Shown here in pieces: positions 23,851-36,012 of a stretch of 64,000 nucleotides of DNA; positions within the stretch are counted from its first letter, which is position 1, and the number at the start of each line of letters is the position of its first letter. The notes under the pieces were generated by a model, which saw nothing but the letters and a program-made list of their open reading frames with translations, made no database searches and had not been told where the DNA came from. The translations under genes and the position numbers were made by a program. The stretch comes from Squalus acanthias (taxonomy: Eukaryota), in assembly GCA_030390025.1 (NCBI GenBank), contig CM059432.1, positions 148,740,001 through 148,804,000 of the forward strand. Reading direction: 5' to 3'.

Positions 23851-25059
23851 ACTCACGACCCTTCAGCACCTACAATGGCTGGCAGCCATTAACTGGACAG
23901 GTCATTGCTCAGCTCGTGCTCTAGCTGGCTCTGCATTTGGAGTCAAAATTCCTGTTGCCTCAGCTGAGCAAGTCACCTCCACTGCCAAAACTCACAAGGC
24001 AATTAATTGTTGGGGGTAAAAAAAAATATTCTCGCAGCTTCCGAGACCGCCCACGCCAGCTTGGCCAAGCAGTTGTCGCACTGCCGCCGATAAACAGAGC
24101 GCTTGGTGCAGTCACCAGTGATCCACTAGGGCGTTTGTTATGTTACTGTTGCCATGGACACTGGAGTAGGTGTGTGAGCTAAAAAGCCATCTGTAAAAAA
24201 AAAAGCCACTCGAAATTTATTCAATAAAAAATTCTCAACGGAACCCCAGCCAGTTTTTGTGCTGAAGTATTTTGCTCTAAATATATAACTTTAATACACA
24301 GTCGAGCTGCATGAGGATGCATTGGCCCGTGTTAAGTAAAATGTAGTTGAGGTGATCCAGTGCTACAGTACATTGATTCATAGCGTTTGCCACAGTTGGC
24401 CAATGTGGCGAGCTCCGACTCTTCGCCAGGGTGTCGGGGGAGCCAGGGGAAAATTGGAAGCAGTTAACGTGAGGTGGATTCAGACTCCAGCTGGCAGCCA
24501 GCTATGAAGCTGCTTTGAAAAGGGACTGGGCGTGGGGTCGACTGGCTGAACGTGCAGTCTGGAGCACCGGGCGTTGTGGGAAGAATGTAGCTAACTCGGA
24601 AAACAGCAGCAAAAATAAAAAAAGAGAGAGAGAGGAAAACAAGAGATAAATTTAAAACAGCAGTTTGAAAGAAAATCACCGAGCCATGACACCTTTGCCT
24701 TTTGCTGCTTTCATACAGTAAACAGGTTTCCTGTCAAACAGACTTCTCTGTAAAAGCTGTACAAATCTTTAAGCCGTGCTCCAAATCATTAACAAGTATT
24801 AGAGCGTGTTAGCAGTCGTGGTGTGTGGGGTTTCTCAGTTAGATTGGTCCTGTTTATTGTTACTTCTGCTACAGGTGAAGAGTGCCGTAGCAAAGGGCGG
24901 CTTCTGGTGTAAACCTAAACAGGAAGCAGATGTATAATTGTTCAGGGTGTGCAGTATTTTCTGTTAGCAGCTGGTTCTGAACTGAACACCCATGCACTAA
25001 CAGAATGATGCCCCGACAATATATATATTTTTTAAATCAGTCAAATAACAACAGCATTT

Positions 25060-26115
25060 ATATTACGCCTTTAATGAAGGAGATATGAGTAGGGGGAGGA
25101 AAAAGCTTAGGTGGTTTTTAAGGAGAGTCATAAAAGAAGAGAGGGAGGTGGAGAAGCGGAGGGGTTTAGGAAGGGAATTCCAGAGTGTGGGGCCGAGGTG
25201 GCTAAAGGCACGGCCGCCAATGGTGGGGCAAAAGGAAAGGGGATGCAAAAGAGGCCAGAGTCGGAGGAATGGAGAGATCGGGAGGGGGTTTGCAGGGCTG
25301 GAGAGGGTTACAGAGATAGGGAGGGGCAACACAATCAAAAGGATTGAAACATCAGGATAAGGAATTTAAATTTGAGGAGTTGGGGGACCGGAAGTCAATG
25401 TAGGTCAGTGAGCACAGCAGTGATGGATGAGCAGAACTTGGTGTGGGTTAGGTTACGGGCACTAGAGTTTTGATGAGCTGAAGTTACAGAGGTGGAGGGT
25501 GTGAGGCCGGCCAGAAAACCACAGGAACTGTTGAGGCTGGAGATGACAAAGACAAGGGTGAGGATTTCGGTAGCAGATCGGCTGAAGTGGGGGGCAGAGG
25601 CAGGTAATATTGCGAAGGTGGAAGTAGGCAGTCTTTGTGATGGAGAGAATATAGGGTTGGAAGCTCAGCTCAGGTTGGAATAGAATGCCGAGGTTCCAAA
25701 CAGTCTGGTTCAACCGGAGACATAGGCCGGAGATGAATCAGTGGCAAGGCTACGGGGCTTGTGGCGAGGGCCCAACGTTTAGCTGGAGGCAACTGTGGCT
25801 CATGCAAGACTGGGTAAAGAGTCTGACAACACTGAGGAAGTGGAATGGTGGAGAGGCAGAGCTGAGTGCCATCAGTCTACCAGTGGAATCTGACCCTATC
25901 TCTGCGGATGACGAGGGGTAGCATGTAGACGAGGAAGAGGGGCCCATTGATAATTCCTCAAGGGACTCCAGCAGTAACGGTGCGGGAGAAGGAAGGAGAG
26001 CCATTTCTGGAAATGCTCTAACTACAATCAGATAGGTAAGAGTGGAACCAAGTGATAGCAATCCCACTGAGGCACTGGAAAAGGATGGTGTGATCGACTG
26101 TACAGAGAGGTTGAG
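25060..26115 (-). mobile_element. L2-type LINE, decayed 3' portion
   Basis: GGRAFS..GP.LWNSLP and ITKTAYFHLRNI motifs; aligns with 22283-22714. Confidence 0.85.
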
Positions 26116-26211
26116 AAAAAAGAAACGTCTTGCATTTATAAAGCACCTTTCACAACCTCAGGACATCCCAAAGCGCTTTACAGCCAATTAAGTACTTTTG
26201 AAGTGTAGTTA

Positions 26212-26560
26212 CATAAGAACATAAGGAGCAGGAGTAATCCACATTGCCCCTCGAGCCTGCTCCACCATTCAATAAGATCATGGCTGATCTTTGACCTCAA
26301 CTCCACTTTCCCGCCTGATCCCCATATCCCTTGATTCCTCTAGAGTCCAAAAATCTATCTATCTCAGCCTAGAATATACTCAACAATTCAGCATCCACAG
26401 TCCTCTGGGGTAAAGAATTCCAAAGATTCACAACCCTCTGAATGAAGAAATGTCTCCTCATCTCAGTCCTAAAGGGCCGACACCTTATCCTAGGTCCCTT
26501 AGGTCTAGACTCTCCAGCCAGGGGGAAGAAACCTCTCAGCATCTATCAAGCCCTCTCAGA
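26212..26560 (-). mobile_element. CR1 (HER1-like) 3' fragment
   Basis: 3' UTR and TTCTTATG tail homologous to 37440-37787. Confidence 0.9.
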
Positions 26561-26839
26561 ATGGCTCAATTCATTAACTGTTAGAACAACCTGGCCATCA
26601 AACTGCTGCGAGCGCACTGTAGTGTAACAAACTAACTTGCTACATATCCCTTCAGTTTTACACCTGAAAGCATTCCATTCTGCTTTAGATTTGTCGGTGC
26701 CTCATTCACATTACATTCACAACAGGGATACACGCATCTGTAGGATTCTTCTACGAATGGGAGATATTGACCGCTCATTTACACAAATATGGGATGATAC
26801 AGACATCGCATTCAAGCTTAAATAACAATTGAAGAAAAT

Positions 26840-27753
26840 AACATAACATAAGAAATAGGAGCAGGAGTAGGCCATTCAATAAGATCATGGCTGATCATCG
26901 ACCTCAACTCCACTTTCCCACCTGATTTCCATATCCCTCGATTCCCCATGAGTCCAAAAATCTATCGATCTCAGCCTTGAATATACTCAAAGACTCAGCA
27001 TTCACAGCCCTCTGGGGCAGAGATTTCCAAAGATTCACAACCCTCAGTGAAGAAATTCCTCCTTATCTCAGTCTTAAATGGCCTACCCCTTATTCCGAAA
27101 ATACGCCCCCTAGTTCTAGAAACTCCAGCCAAGGGAAATAACCTCTCAGCATCTACCCTGTCAATCTCCTTCAGAATCTTGTATGTTTCAATGAGATCAC
27201 CTCTCATTCTTCTAAACTCCAGAGAGTATAGGCCCATTCCAGACAATCTCTCATCATAGGACAGCCCTCTCATCCCAGGAATCAATCTAGTGAACCTTCG
27301 TTGCACCGCCTCCAAGGCAAGTATATCCTTCCTTAGATAAGGAGACCAAAACTGTACACAGTACTCCAGGTGTGGTCTCACCAAGGCCCTGTACAATTGT
27401 AGCAAGACTTCCTTACTCTTATACTCCAACCCCCTTGCAATAAAGGCCAACATCGCATTTGCCTTCCTAATTGCTTGTTGTACCTGCATGTTAACTTTGT
27501 GTTTCGTGTACAAGGACACCCCAAATTCCTCTAAACAAAAACATAATAGTTTCTCACCATTTAAAAAATATTCTGCGTTTCTATTATTCCTACCAAAGTG
27601 AATAACCTCACATTTGCCCACATTATACTCCATCTGCCACCTTATTGCCCACTCACTTAACCTGTCTATATCTCTTTGCAGACTGTGTCCTCCCCAAAGC
27701 TTACTTTTCCACCTAGCTTTGTATTGTCTGCAAACTTGGACACATTGCACTCA
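26840..27753 (-). mobile_element. CR1 (HER1-like) 3' portion
   Basis: YRALVRPHLEYCVQFWSPYLRKD; frameshifts; 3' tail. Confidence 0.93.
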
Positions 27754-27767
27754 TGTTGTAATGTAGG

Positions 27768-28187
27768 AAACATAGAAACATAGAATCTAGGAGCAGGAGT
27801 AGGCCATTCGGCCCGTCGAGCCTGCTCCGCCATTCAATACGATCATGGCTGATCATCCAAATCCAGTACCCTGTCCCTGCTTTAATCCCCACAGTACACA
27901 TATCCCACCCTACCCCCGTAACCCCACGTATTTAATTCCCCCTAACATATCCCATCCCCCCACATATTTAATCCCCCCTAACACTAAGGGTCAATTTATC
28001 ATAGCCAAATCAACCTAACCCACACATTTTTGGACTGTGGGAGGAAACCGGAGCACCCGGAGGAAACCCACGCAGACACGGGGAGAATGTGCAAACTCCA
28101 CACAGACAGTCACCCGAGGTCAGATTCGAACCCGGGTCTCTGGCGCTGTGAGGCACCAGTGCTAACCACTATGCCACCGTGTTGCCC
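27768..28187 (-). mobile_element. Full-length tRNA-derived V-SINE (HE1-like)
   Basis: A box TGGCATAGTGG, B box GGTTCGAATC, V-domain GTGGAGTTTGCACATTCTCCCCGTGTCTGCGTGGGTTTCCTCCGG; tail shared with the CR1 at 7867-7980. Confidence 0.92.
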
Positions 28188-28249
28188 ATGGCAGCCAATT
28201 TGCGCACAGCAAGCTCTCATAAACAACAATGTGATAATGACCAGATAAT

Positions 28250-30040
28250 AGACTTCAGGATAACATAAACAGGATGGTGAAATGGGCAGAAGCAGGGCAG
28301 ATGATGTTCAATGCGGAGAAGTGTAAAGTAATGCGCTCTGTGAGGACTAATATGGAAAGACAGTGTACTATAAATGACACGATTTTGAAAAGTGTAGATG
28401 AGCAGAGACACCTTGGTGTCCATATACACACATCCTTAAAGGTGTCAAGGCAAGTTGATAAGATGGTTAAAAAAGCATATGGGTTACTTAGGTTTATAAA
28501 TAGAGGAATAGAATATAAAAGCAAAGAGATCATCTCTATATGGGAGTGACTGGATTGCTCTACAGAGAGCCGGCACAGACTCGATGGGCCAAATGGCCTC
28601 TTTCTGTGCCATTATAACTCTATGGGGGGAATTTTGCCAGCGCTCGGGGCGGGACTGCTGGCAAAATTGCAAAGATTGACAGCGGGTCCCGAACCTGCTG
28701 TCAACCCGCCTCCATTCAATCTTCCCAAGTGTCGGGTCCCCGATTTGCGTCGGGACCCGACACCTAGAGGCAGGAAGAGGATTATAGGCACTTAACTGCT
28801 TGTTAACAGGTAGTTAAGAGGCTTTTTTCCATTTTGACAGGTCGACTGCGGGCTTCCCGACGTCCGGACACCACGCCAGGGTAAGTGTGGCGTGCTGTGG
28901 GTCTACTGTAAGGTTTGTGCATTGGTGACAGCTGCAGAAGTGGTGTGAAGGATCCAATGGTACACTGGTGAGTTTCAGAGGTAAGAAAATGTTGGGAAAT
29001 CATTTTTAATGTATTTAGACTTTTCTGTAGGTAACAAGGTTTGAAGTGTTTGTGTAGTCCCACCTCATTGGGAGAACCTCTCTCACCAGTGACAGATCGC
29101 TTCTGTAACCTCACCTGCAGCTGCCATCTGTTTTATCCGAAGGAGAGAGTCACTGGAGAGCCTGGGTGCAAGGGCTCACCTTTGTACAGTGATTGGCAGT
29201 GTTTGCAGCACCTCGATGCTGTCAAACACTGAAAAATCATCTGTCAAAAAAAATGTGTCTCCCCTTTAAGAAAACCGGCAGATGACGCGTCATCAACTGA
29301 CGTCATCTGACACCGGCTTTCTCTTAACTGGCCGGCAAGCCTGCAGGGCGGGCTTAACAAGGCCAATTGACGTTAAATTATGTCTGTGCATCGGACGTCG
29401 TTAGGGACGGGATCGGAACCCGGAAGGCAGGTGACCCGCTCCCAACTTGCACCGAAAGGTAAGATCGCGCCCTATGACTCTAAGAACTTGATAAATCACT
29501 GGTTAGGTCTCATCTGGAGTACTGTGGTCAGTTCTAGGGACCACACTTCAGGAAAGATGTGAAGGCCTTAGCAAGGGTACAGAGGAGGTTTACCAGGATG
29601 TTACCAGGGATGAGGGACTTCAGTTATGAGGAGAGGTTGGAAAAGTTAGGACTATTCTCCTTGGAACAGAGAAGGTTAAGAGGTGAGCTAATGGAGGTTT
29701 TGATAGTGCAGATAGAGAAAAACTATTCCCTCTGGTGAGTGGGTCAATAACGAGAGGTCATAGATACAAAATCATTTGCAAAAGATCTAGAGGGGAGATG
29801 AGGAGAAATTTTTTCACTGAGTTGTTGGGATCTGGAACGCTCGACCTGAAAAGGTGATGGGAGCTGATTCCATAAATAATTGTAAAGGAGAGTTGGGACA
29901 GGTGTTGAGGATCAGGAACTTACAGGGTTACGGACAGAAAGCGGGGATGTGGGACTAAGCACGACTGCTCGTTCAAAGAGCCAGCACAGGCACGATGGGC
30001 CGAATGGCCTCCTTCTGTGCTGTAAGTTTCTATGATTCTA
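28250..30040 (+). mobile_element. CR1 LINE 3' portion interrupted by a short CR1-tail fragment and a MITE
   Basis: FNAEKCKVM..RGIEYKSKE resumes near 29485; ends ttctatgattcta. Confidence 0.85.
28624..29472. mobile_element. MITE family F copy, TAT target duplication
   Basis: Aligns with 20256-21064; tat|gggggga ... tcgcgccc|tat inside a CR1 tail. Confidence 0.8.
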
Positions 30041-31229
30041 ATTTCAGTGCTATATAATTCAGGTCTAGATTTTCCGATGGGGTGGAGGTGGTGGTGGAGG
30101 GGGTGCAGTGGACTGGACATCTGCCAGCCTTGGAGATGCCCCTGATTTTGTGGTTGAATTTCCAGCCCCAGAATAATCTGCAGATGGGAGGTTTTTACTT
30201 GCACTTAAGACAGGAGTTTGAAAGAGAGTTTGGAGTTTGATCCTTGAGTCTATGCACAGCAAGACATAAAGAGGACAGGTCCCTCTTTCAAAGACCCCAT
30301 CCCCTTCCAGACGCCCTTATAACGCCTTAGCAATGCCGGATAGTGGGGCCTAATGGGCATCCAATCAGTGCAAGTGGTGGGAAACACGGCAGAGGCTGTA
30401 TTCCTGTTTTAATTTAATTTGCATGCATCCATCCACAGATGGGCAGCACATTTTATTCCACAGGGTCTGTCCACCAGCTGAAGGGAGGGAGTGGAGATGC
30501 AGCTGGGTGCACATGCCAGGAATTAAGCTGACCTTTTCACTAAAAAGTAAGAGTTCTGCTACTATTGCCTTCTGTAAAATGAGGGGATACCTTGGGCAAA
30601 AAGGACTCCCCCTAGACATTCCCTCAACCCCTTCGTTCATACAATAATCATTTCTTCAGAACATCTGATTTGAATACATTACAAAAGCAGGTCAGACTGG
30701 CCAGTGTCTTGCAGGATTAGGCTTTAAAACAAAAATAGCTCTTTTATTAATCAGGAATCCATAGAAAATGCATGTCAAGGGATAGGTCGGAGTTGCGATA
30801 GAGATACCTTGGAGCCGGGGCTTGAAGTGGAGCTGCACAAGGGATGGTTCTGGCAGACGGATGTTTTGTGCGCGATTATGTGGTCATGTGGACATTATGT
30901 CCCAGATGGTAAGTGAGAATGTGGTCAAAAGCTCATTTGTAAGAAAAAAAAATGACAAATCCCAGCAGCTCAGCAAGTGTCCCTCATAGAGCTCCTATAA
31001 GAATTCAGCACGGACAGAACTAAAGCTTTACAGGAATACACATTTCTTGTTTTTATATGAGGTTTCGTGCAAGGATATCAAGAATTGAGAACTTCTTAAT
31101 CCTTGCATCTCTCAGACTATCAGAAAGTTACAGAGTCTCACTCTCTGCAGCTGTTATTTGATGCAAAGCATGTGTGTACTTTGAAAACACCAAAAGACTT
31201 TCAGCGCTCAAAATAGTTAACAACAACAA

Positions 31230-31690
31230 CATCTTTCGATTAGGCACTTTACAGCCTTCTGGACTCAACATCGAGTTCAACAATTTCAGACAATAACCTC
31301 TGCTCCTATCTTTTTTTTTTCCATTTATTTTTTTCTCTCTCACATGGCAGCTGCCTTTCATTCTGCCATTGCCATTTACACTTCATCTAGAGCCATCTTT
31401 TGTTTTTTAACTTGTCTCATTACCTGTCTCCTTTTGCCTTGCACCATCTCTTAATCTCTCTTAATGTCTCTTAATCTCTCCTGCCTTCCATCCTATCACA
31501 GACCTTCCCTTTTGTTCTTCCCTCCCCTCCCCCCTCTCCCTGCCCCTACACTTGCTTAAAAACCTGTTCCATCTCCAACCTTTTTCCAGTTCTGACGAAG
31601 GGTCATCGACCTGAAACGTTAACTCAGTTTCTCTCTCTGCAGATGCTGCCTGACCTGCTGAGCATTTCCAGCATTTTCTCTTTTTATTTA
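31230..31690 (+). mobile_element. Penelope 3' fragment with pLTR and hammerhead motif (31588-31624)
   Basis: High similarity to 19060-19510. Confidence 0.92.
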
Positions 31691-32064
31691 ACAACAACAA
31701 CAACTTGTATTTATATAGTTAACACAAATACAATCCCGTGAGGAGGAGGAGGAGGAGATCTTTTAAGTCTAAGGAACCATGCTTTGCTCAAGTCCTTTTC
31801 CTTTCGATTCTGGTCCAGGTCTTTCGCTGTAAATTTAGTGTAAAGATTCTGATCAAGCTGCCAATAGAGCAGCACTCCGTCCCCTTTCGAAATCCTCCCC
31901 AACAATCAGGATTTTAATGCTAATTGAATGGAAAGGAACCATGCAAACTTCCTAGAAAGAAAGCAAAGTTTCCAGCCAGGAGATTTATGTAATAAAAACA
32001 GGTTAATTTAGCATCCTTTATTTCCATATCATAATTCAATCAAATATCAGTATTCTCGACACTA

Positions 32065-32796
32065 GGGGGCGAATTTTGTGACTGGGGCAGGACGGCTGCT
32101 TGTTGTGTCGATCGATTTGTGGCCAACCCACGCTATTTTGCCTTGAGTGACCTTGTTAAGCCCGCCCAGCAAAAATTTGTGACAGATGAATTGTCATCGT
32201 TGAAGCTGTCAAACAGTGACATTCTCTGCAGTTTGATGCGGTCTTGCATACAAGACCTCATCAACCGTCTTTCTTTAACAGAATTGAGATGGTTGTTGTA
32301 TCTGTGAGTACAACAGCCACCTGTCAATCCCAACGCGGAGGTGCGAGACTCTCCGCATACACACCAGACTGAAGCCTGCAGGAAGAAACAAAGGTAAGTA
32401 GACTTTTATAAACACTTTGCACTTACCTCAGATACTCACCTCTCCACTCTTACACCCATCACTTACCTTCACACCACACTTTTGCACCCCCCCGACCCCC
32501 GCACACCCAGTACTCGCCTCGCTGAGCTGGCGTGTTTTGGAGCCTTCGGGAAGCCTGCACCTGTGAGGGCAAAAAGGGGATAATCCTATTTTCTGCCTGT
32601 TAACTACCTGTTAACAGGCAGTTAATAGGCTTTAATCCCTTCCCGCCTCCAAGGAGATGGGACCCGGCGCGGGACGGCTACCTGCCTCCTGGGAAGATGG
32701 CATGGAGGCGGGTTGGGGACGGGTCGGGCACCCGCCCCCAAATTCTGCCATTTTCCCGGCAGTCCCGCCTCCCCAGGGCTGGCAAAATCGCCCCCC
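32065..32796. mobile_element. MITE family F copy in reverse orientation
   Basis: gggggcgaatttt / aaaatcgcccccc; shares the ctgcctgttaactacctgttaacaggcag palindrome. Confidence 0.8.
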
Positions 32797-33672
32797 TGGT
32801 GAGAGTGTCACTCAGCGCTGAATGACACACTGGGTGAAATCCTGGCTCACATCAGATTGGTTTAGCACAGGTACGACAGATTTTAAGATCTTGGCTAATT
32901 TTCCACAAATCGGGAAATTTCGAGTACAAGCCAGGCAATGCGTGCTAGATCAGAGGCTCTGTTACCCCAGAGAGTGTTTGTTACAATGATGCATGACCAT
33001 GTACGAGTTACTTAAAAATTTAGGGCAAGTGTAATAAGTTGATAAAAATGGAGCGCACTGGAAACTAGATTATTGTCTTTTCATTCACAAAGAAGTGTTG
33101 CATTTTTTTTCAATGTTGATATTTTTGTATCTTTGTGTTTAACAAGATAGGGGTTAGTCACCTTTTCAACTTTAGTCACCCTGCGTCAACATTGCAATTC
33201 CACTGTCAGGAATGGGCCAGACATAAGTCGCAAGATCGTCAGACGCCTCTCCTGGTGCAGTGCCTCGCTCGCTTGACTGGAGCACAGATTCGAGAACGGG
33301 TTGCGGCGGTGAGGGCACCGCAATTGCGTTGCTGACAATTTTCCAGTTAGCGGGGAGGAAGCGTGACGAGCTCTGTGCCTTATTCCCCATCTGTCCCCCC
33401 CCAATCAAGTGAGATTCTGCAATTTTAAGGCTTTAAATTTCCCCTGCTCTGCACCAATGCTTAATCCCAACCTCTAAAGCAGCTCTGTCGACTGTGCCAG
33501 CATGACATTTCCATTTTTCACACCAGCCAATACCAATCCATGGGTTTTGTGCGATGGTCCCGACCCTCTGATCAAACCTGAGTTAAGTGTTCAAACTCAT
33601 TTTGTGGCCCTTAAATTTAACAAGACTTTTATGACATCAATCTAGACTGCACTTAAATCCCGAGCCCCGGGT

Positions 33673-33875
33673 ATCCTTCTTCTTAGGCAGTCCCTCGAAA
33701 CCGAGGATGACTTGCTTCCACATTAAAAATGAGTTCTCAGGTGTCTGATGAGTCCAGTGCGGGACCTACAGTCTCTGTCACAGGTGGGGCAGACGGTGGT
33801 TGAAGGGGCGGGTGGGTGGGGTGCTTGGGTTGACGTGCGCTCCTTGCGCTGGGCTCCCGGTGAAGAGACTCGAAG
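33673..33875 (-). mobile_element. RTE-clade LINE 3' end
   Basis: C-terminal zinc finger VCPTCDRDCRSRTGLIRHLRTHF*, short 3' UTR and (AAG)n tail. Confidence 0.85.
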
Positions 33876-33963
33876 ACCGAGTGGCTAGCCGAATGTAATA
33901 GATCGTCTATAAAAGGTATTCCACTACACAGATCTCAGCAGGACAGAAAGACTGATTACTTGC

Positions 33964-34031
33964 CTCAGTGAAGTGGCCTGCTATCCCGGCCTGGCACGAG
34001 CCATGTTCCTCGCCATATTTCTTCTTATACT
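33964..34031 (-). CDS. ITGA9: Integrin alpha-9 coding exon (exon 5 equivalent), 68 bp, followed by a GC donor
   Basis: tttgttgcag|AGTAT...ACTGAG|gcaagt; (E)YKKKYGEEHGSCQAGIAGHFTE vs human EYKKKYGEEHGSCQAGIAGFFTE. Confidence 0.96.
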
Positions 34032-34427
34032 CTGCAACAAAAAAAAAAATCGCCCACCGTTAGTTACTGAAAGTCTTTGCTGGAAACTGGAGCCAATGAT
34101 TTTCAGAACTCCTGCTCAGCACCTCACAGCCTTCCAAAACCTCAGAGGTCTCACACGTCGAGAGGAAAGCTGAAATGCCGGTGGATTCAGCAAACGTCAG
34201 CACCATATTGCCGCACCCCGCCCCACCACCACCTCCACCCCACCCCTCTGCAAGTTCTTGTTGGGGAAAATCTGACAATTGGCAGTGCTGTGTGACCGCA
34301 TTAGCTGGGAAACACACCAGCCCAGCAGAACAAAATATCAACCTGTGGAATTTTGGTTGGGAAAACCACTTAGCTTCATTGAAAGAGGAAGCAATCTAAT
34401 TTACTTGGAAGTTACTTGCACTTAACA

Positions 34428-36012
34428 TAGGAGTGTCCAAGCTTTTTTCTTCAAGGGCCACATAGTACATACCATGGAGAGCGTCAGGCATACACATTAA
34501 CTTTAAATCCAATCCCCGTACATTTCAAGTTGCTGATGTGAACAGATTTTGGTGTTCTGATATAGGGTATAATTATTTATTCATTCATGGGATGTGCGCG
34601 TCGCTGGCAAGGCCAGCATTTACTGTCCATTCCTAGCTGAGCCACCTTCTTGAACCGCTGCAGTCCGTGCGGTGAAGGTGCTCCCACAGTGCTGTTAGGG
34701 AGGGAGTTCCAGGATTTTGACCCAGCGACAATGAAGGAACGGCGACATACTTCCAAGTCAGGATGGTGTGTGACTTGGAGGGGAACTTGGAGGTGATGGT
34801 GTTCCCATGCGCCTGCTGCCCTTGTCCTTCTAGGTGGAAGAGGTCGCAGGTTTGGAAGGTGCTGCTGAAGAAGCCTTGGCGAGTTACTGCAGTGCATCTT
34901 GTTGATGGTACACACTGCAGCCACGGTACGCCGGTGGTGGAGGGAGTGAATGTTTAAGGTGGTGGAAGGGGTGCCAATCAAGCGGGCTGCTTTGTCCTGG
35001 ATGGTGTCGAGCTTCTTCAGTGTTGTTGGAGCTGCATTCATCCAGGCAAGTGGAGAGTATTCCATTACACTCCTTACTTGTGCCTTGTAGATGGTGGAAA
35101 GGCTTTAGGGAGTCAGGAGGTGAGACACTCGCCGCAGAATACCTAGCCTCTGACCTGCTCTTGTTGCCACACTATTTATGTTAAGTTTCTGGTCAATGGT
35201 GACCCCCCACGATGTTGATGGTGGGGGATTCGGCGATGGTAATGCCGTTGAATGTCAAGGGGAGGTGGTTAGACTCTCTCTTGTTGGAGATTGTCATTGC
35301 CTGGCACTTCTGTGGCGCAAATGTTACCTGCCACTTATCAGCCCAAGCCTGAATGTCGTCCAGGCTCTTGTTGCATGCAGGCATGGACTGCTTCATTATC
35401 TGAGGAGTTGCGAATGGCACTGAGCAGTCATCAGCGAACATCCACATTTCTGACCTTATGTTGGAGGGAAGGTCATTGATGAAGCAGCTGAACATGGTTG
35501 GGCCTAGGACACTGCCCTGAGGAACTCCTGCAGCGATGTCCTGGAGCTGAGATGATTGACCTCCAATCACCACAACCATCTTCCTTTGTGCTAGGTGAAG
35601 TGTTTTCACCCCAATTCCCATTGACTTCAGTTTTACTAGGGCTCCTTGGTGCCACACTCGGTCAAATGCTGCCTTGATGTCAAGGGCAGTCACTCTCACC
35701 TCACCTCTGGAATTCAGCTCCTTTGTCCATGTTTGGACCAAGGCTGTAATGAGGTCTGGAGCCAAATGGTTCTGACAGAACCCAAACTGGGCATCAGTGA
35801 GCAGGTTATTGGTGAGTATGTCCACCAATGATGCAACAGCACCAAGAACAGCTCTTCTAAATCTCCAGACCCACGAAATTCAAACAGGACAAATTAGTGA
35901 ATCGGAAATAGAAGTGCAAATAGGATTTGCCTGGGCTTCAAGGGCTGGCTGTCAGAGATTAGGGGAGGAGCGGTGCGTATGTGGCATACGGGCCACTGGT
36001 TGGACACCCCTG
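34428..36012. mobile_element. Old hAT-like MITE interrupted by a LINE
   Basis: Ends aggagtgtccaa / ttggacacccctg; halves align with 39358-39525 plus 39998-40102. Confidence 0.6.
34575..35820 (-). mobile_element. Second CR1-group LINE family, 3' portion
   Basis: LDIKAAFDRVWH, GVPQGSVLGP, FADD and MEYSPLAW motifs. Confidence 0.93.

Larger units (their letters stand above)
26125..28248 (-). mobile_element. DeuSINE split into three pieces (26125-26211, 27755-27770, 28188-28248) by nested insertions
   Basis: The pieces join colinearly with the intact copy at 51400-51570. Confidence 0.8.

Noticed and set aside
28110..28187. tRNA gene
   Set aside because: The A/B boxes are the head of a V-SINE and continue into the V-domain and LINE tail.
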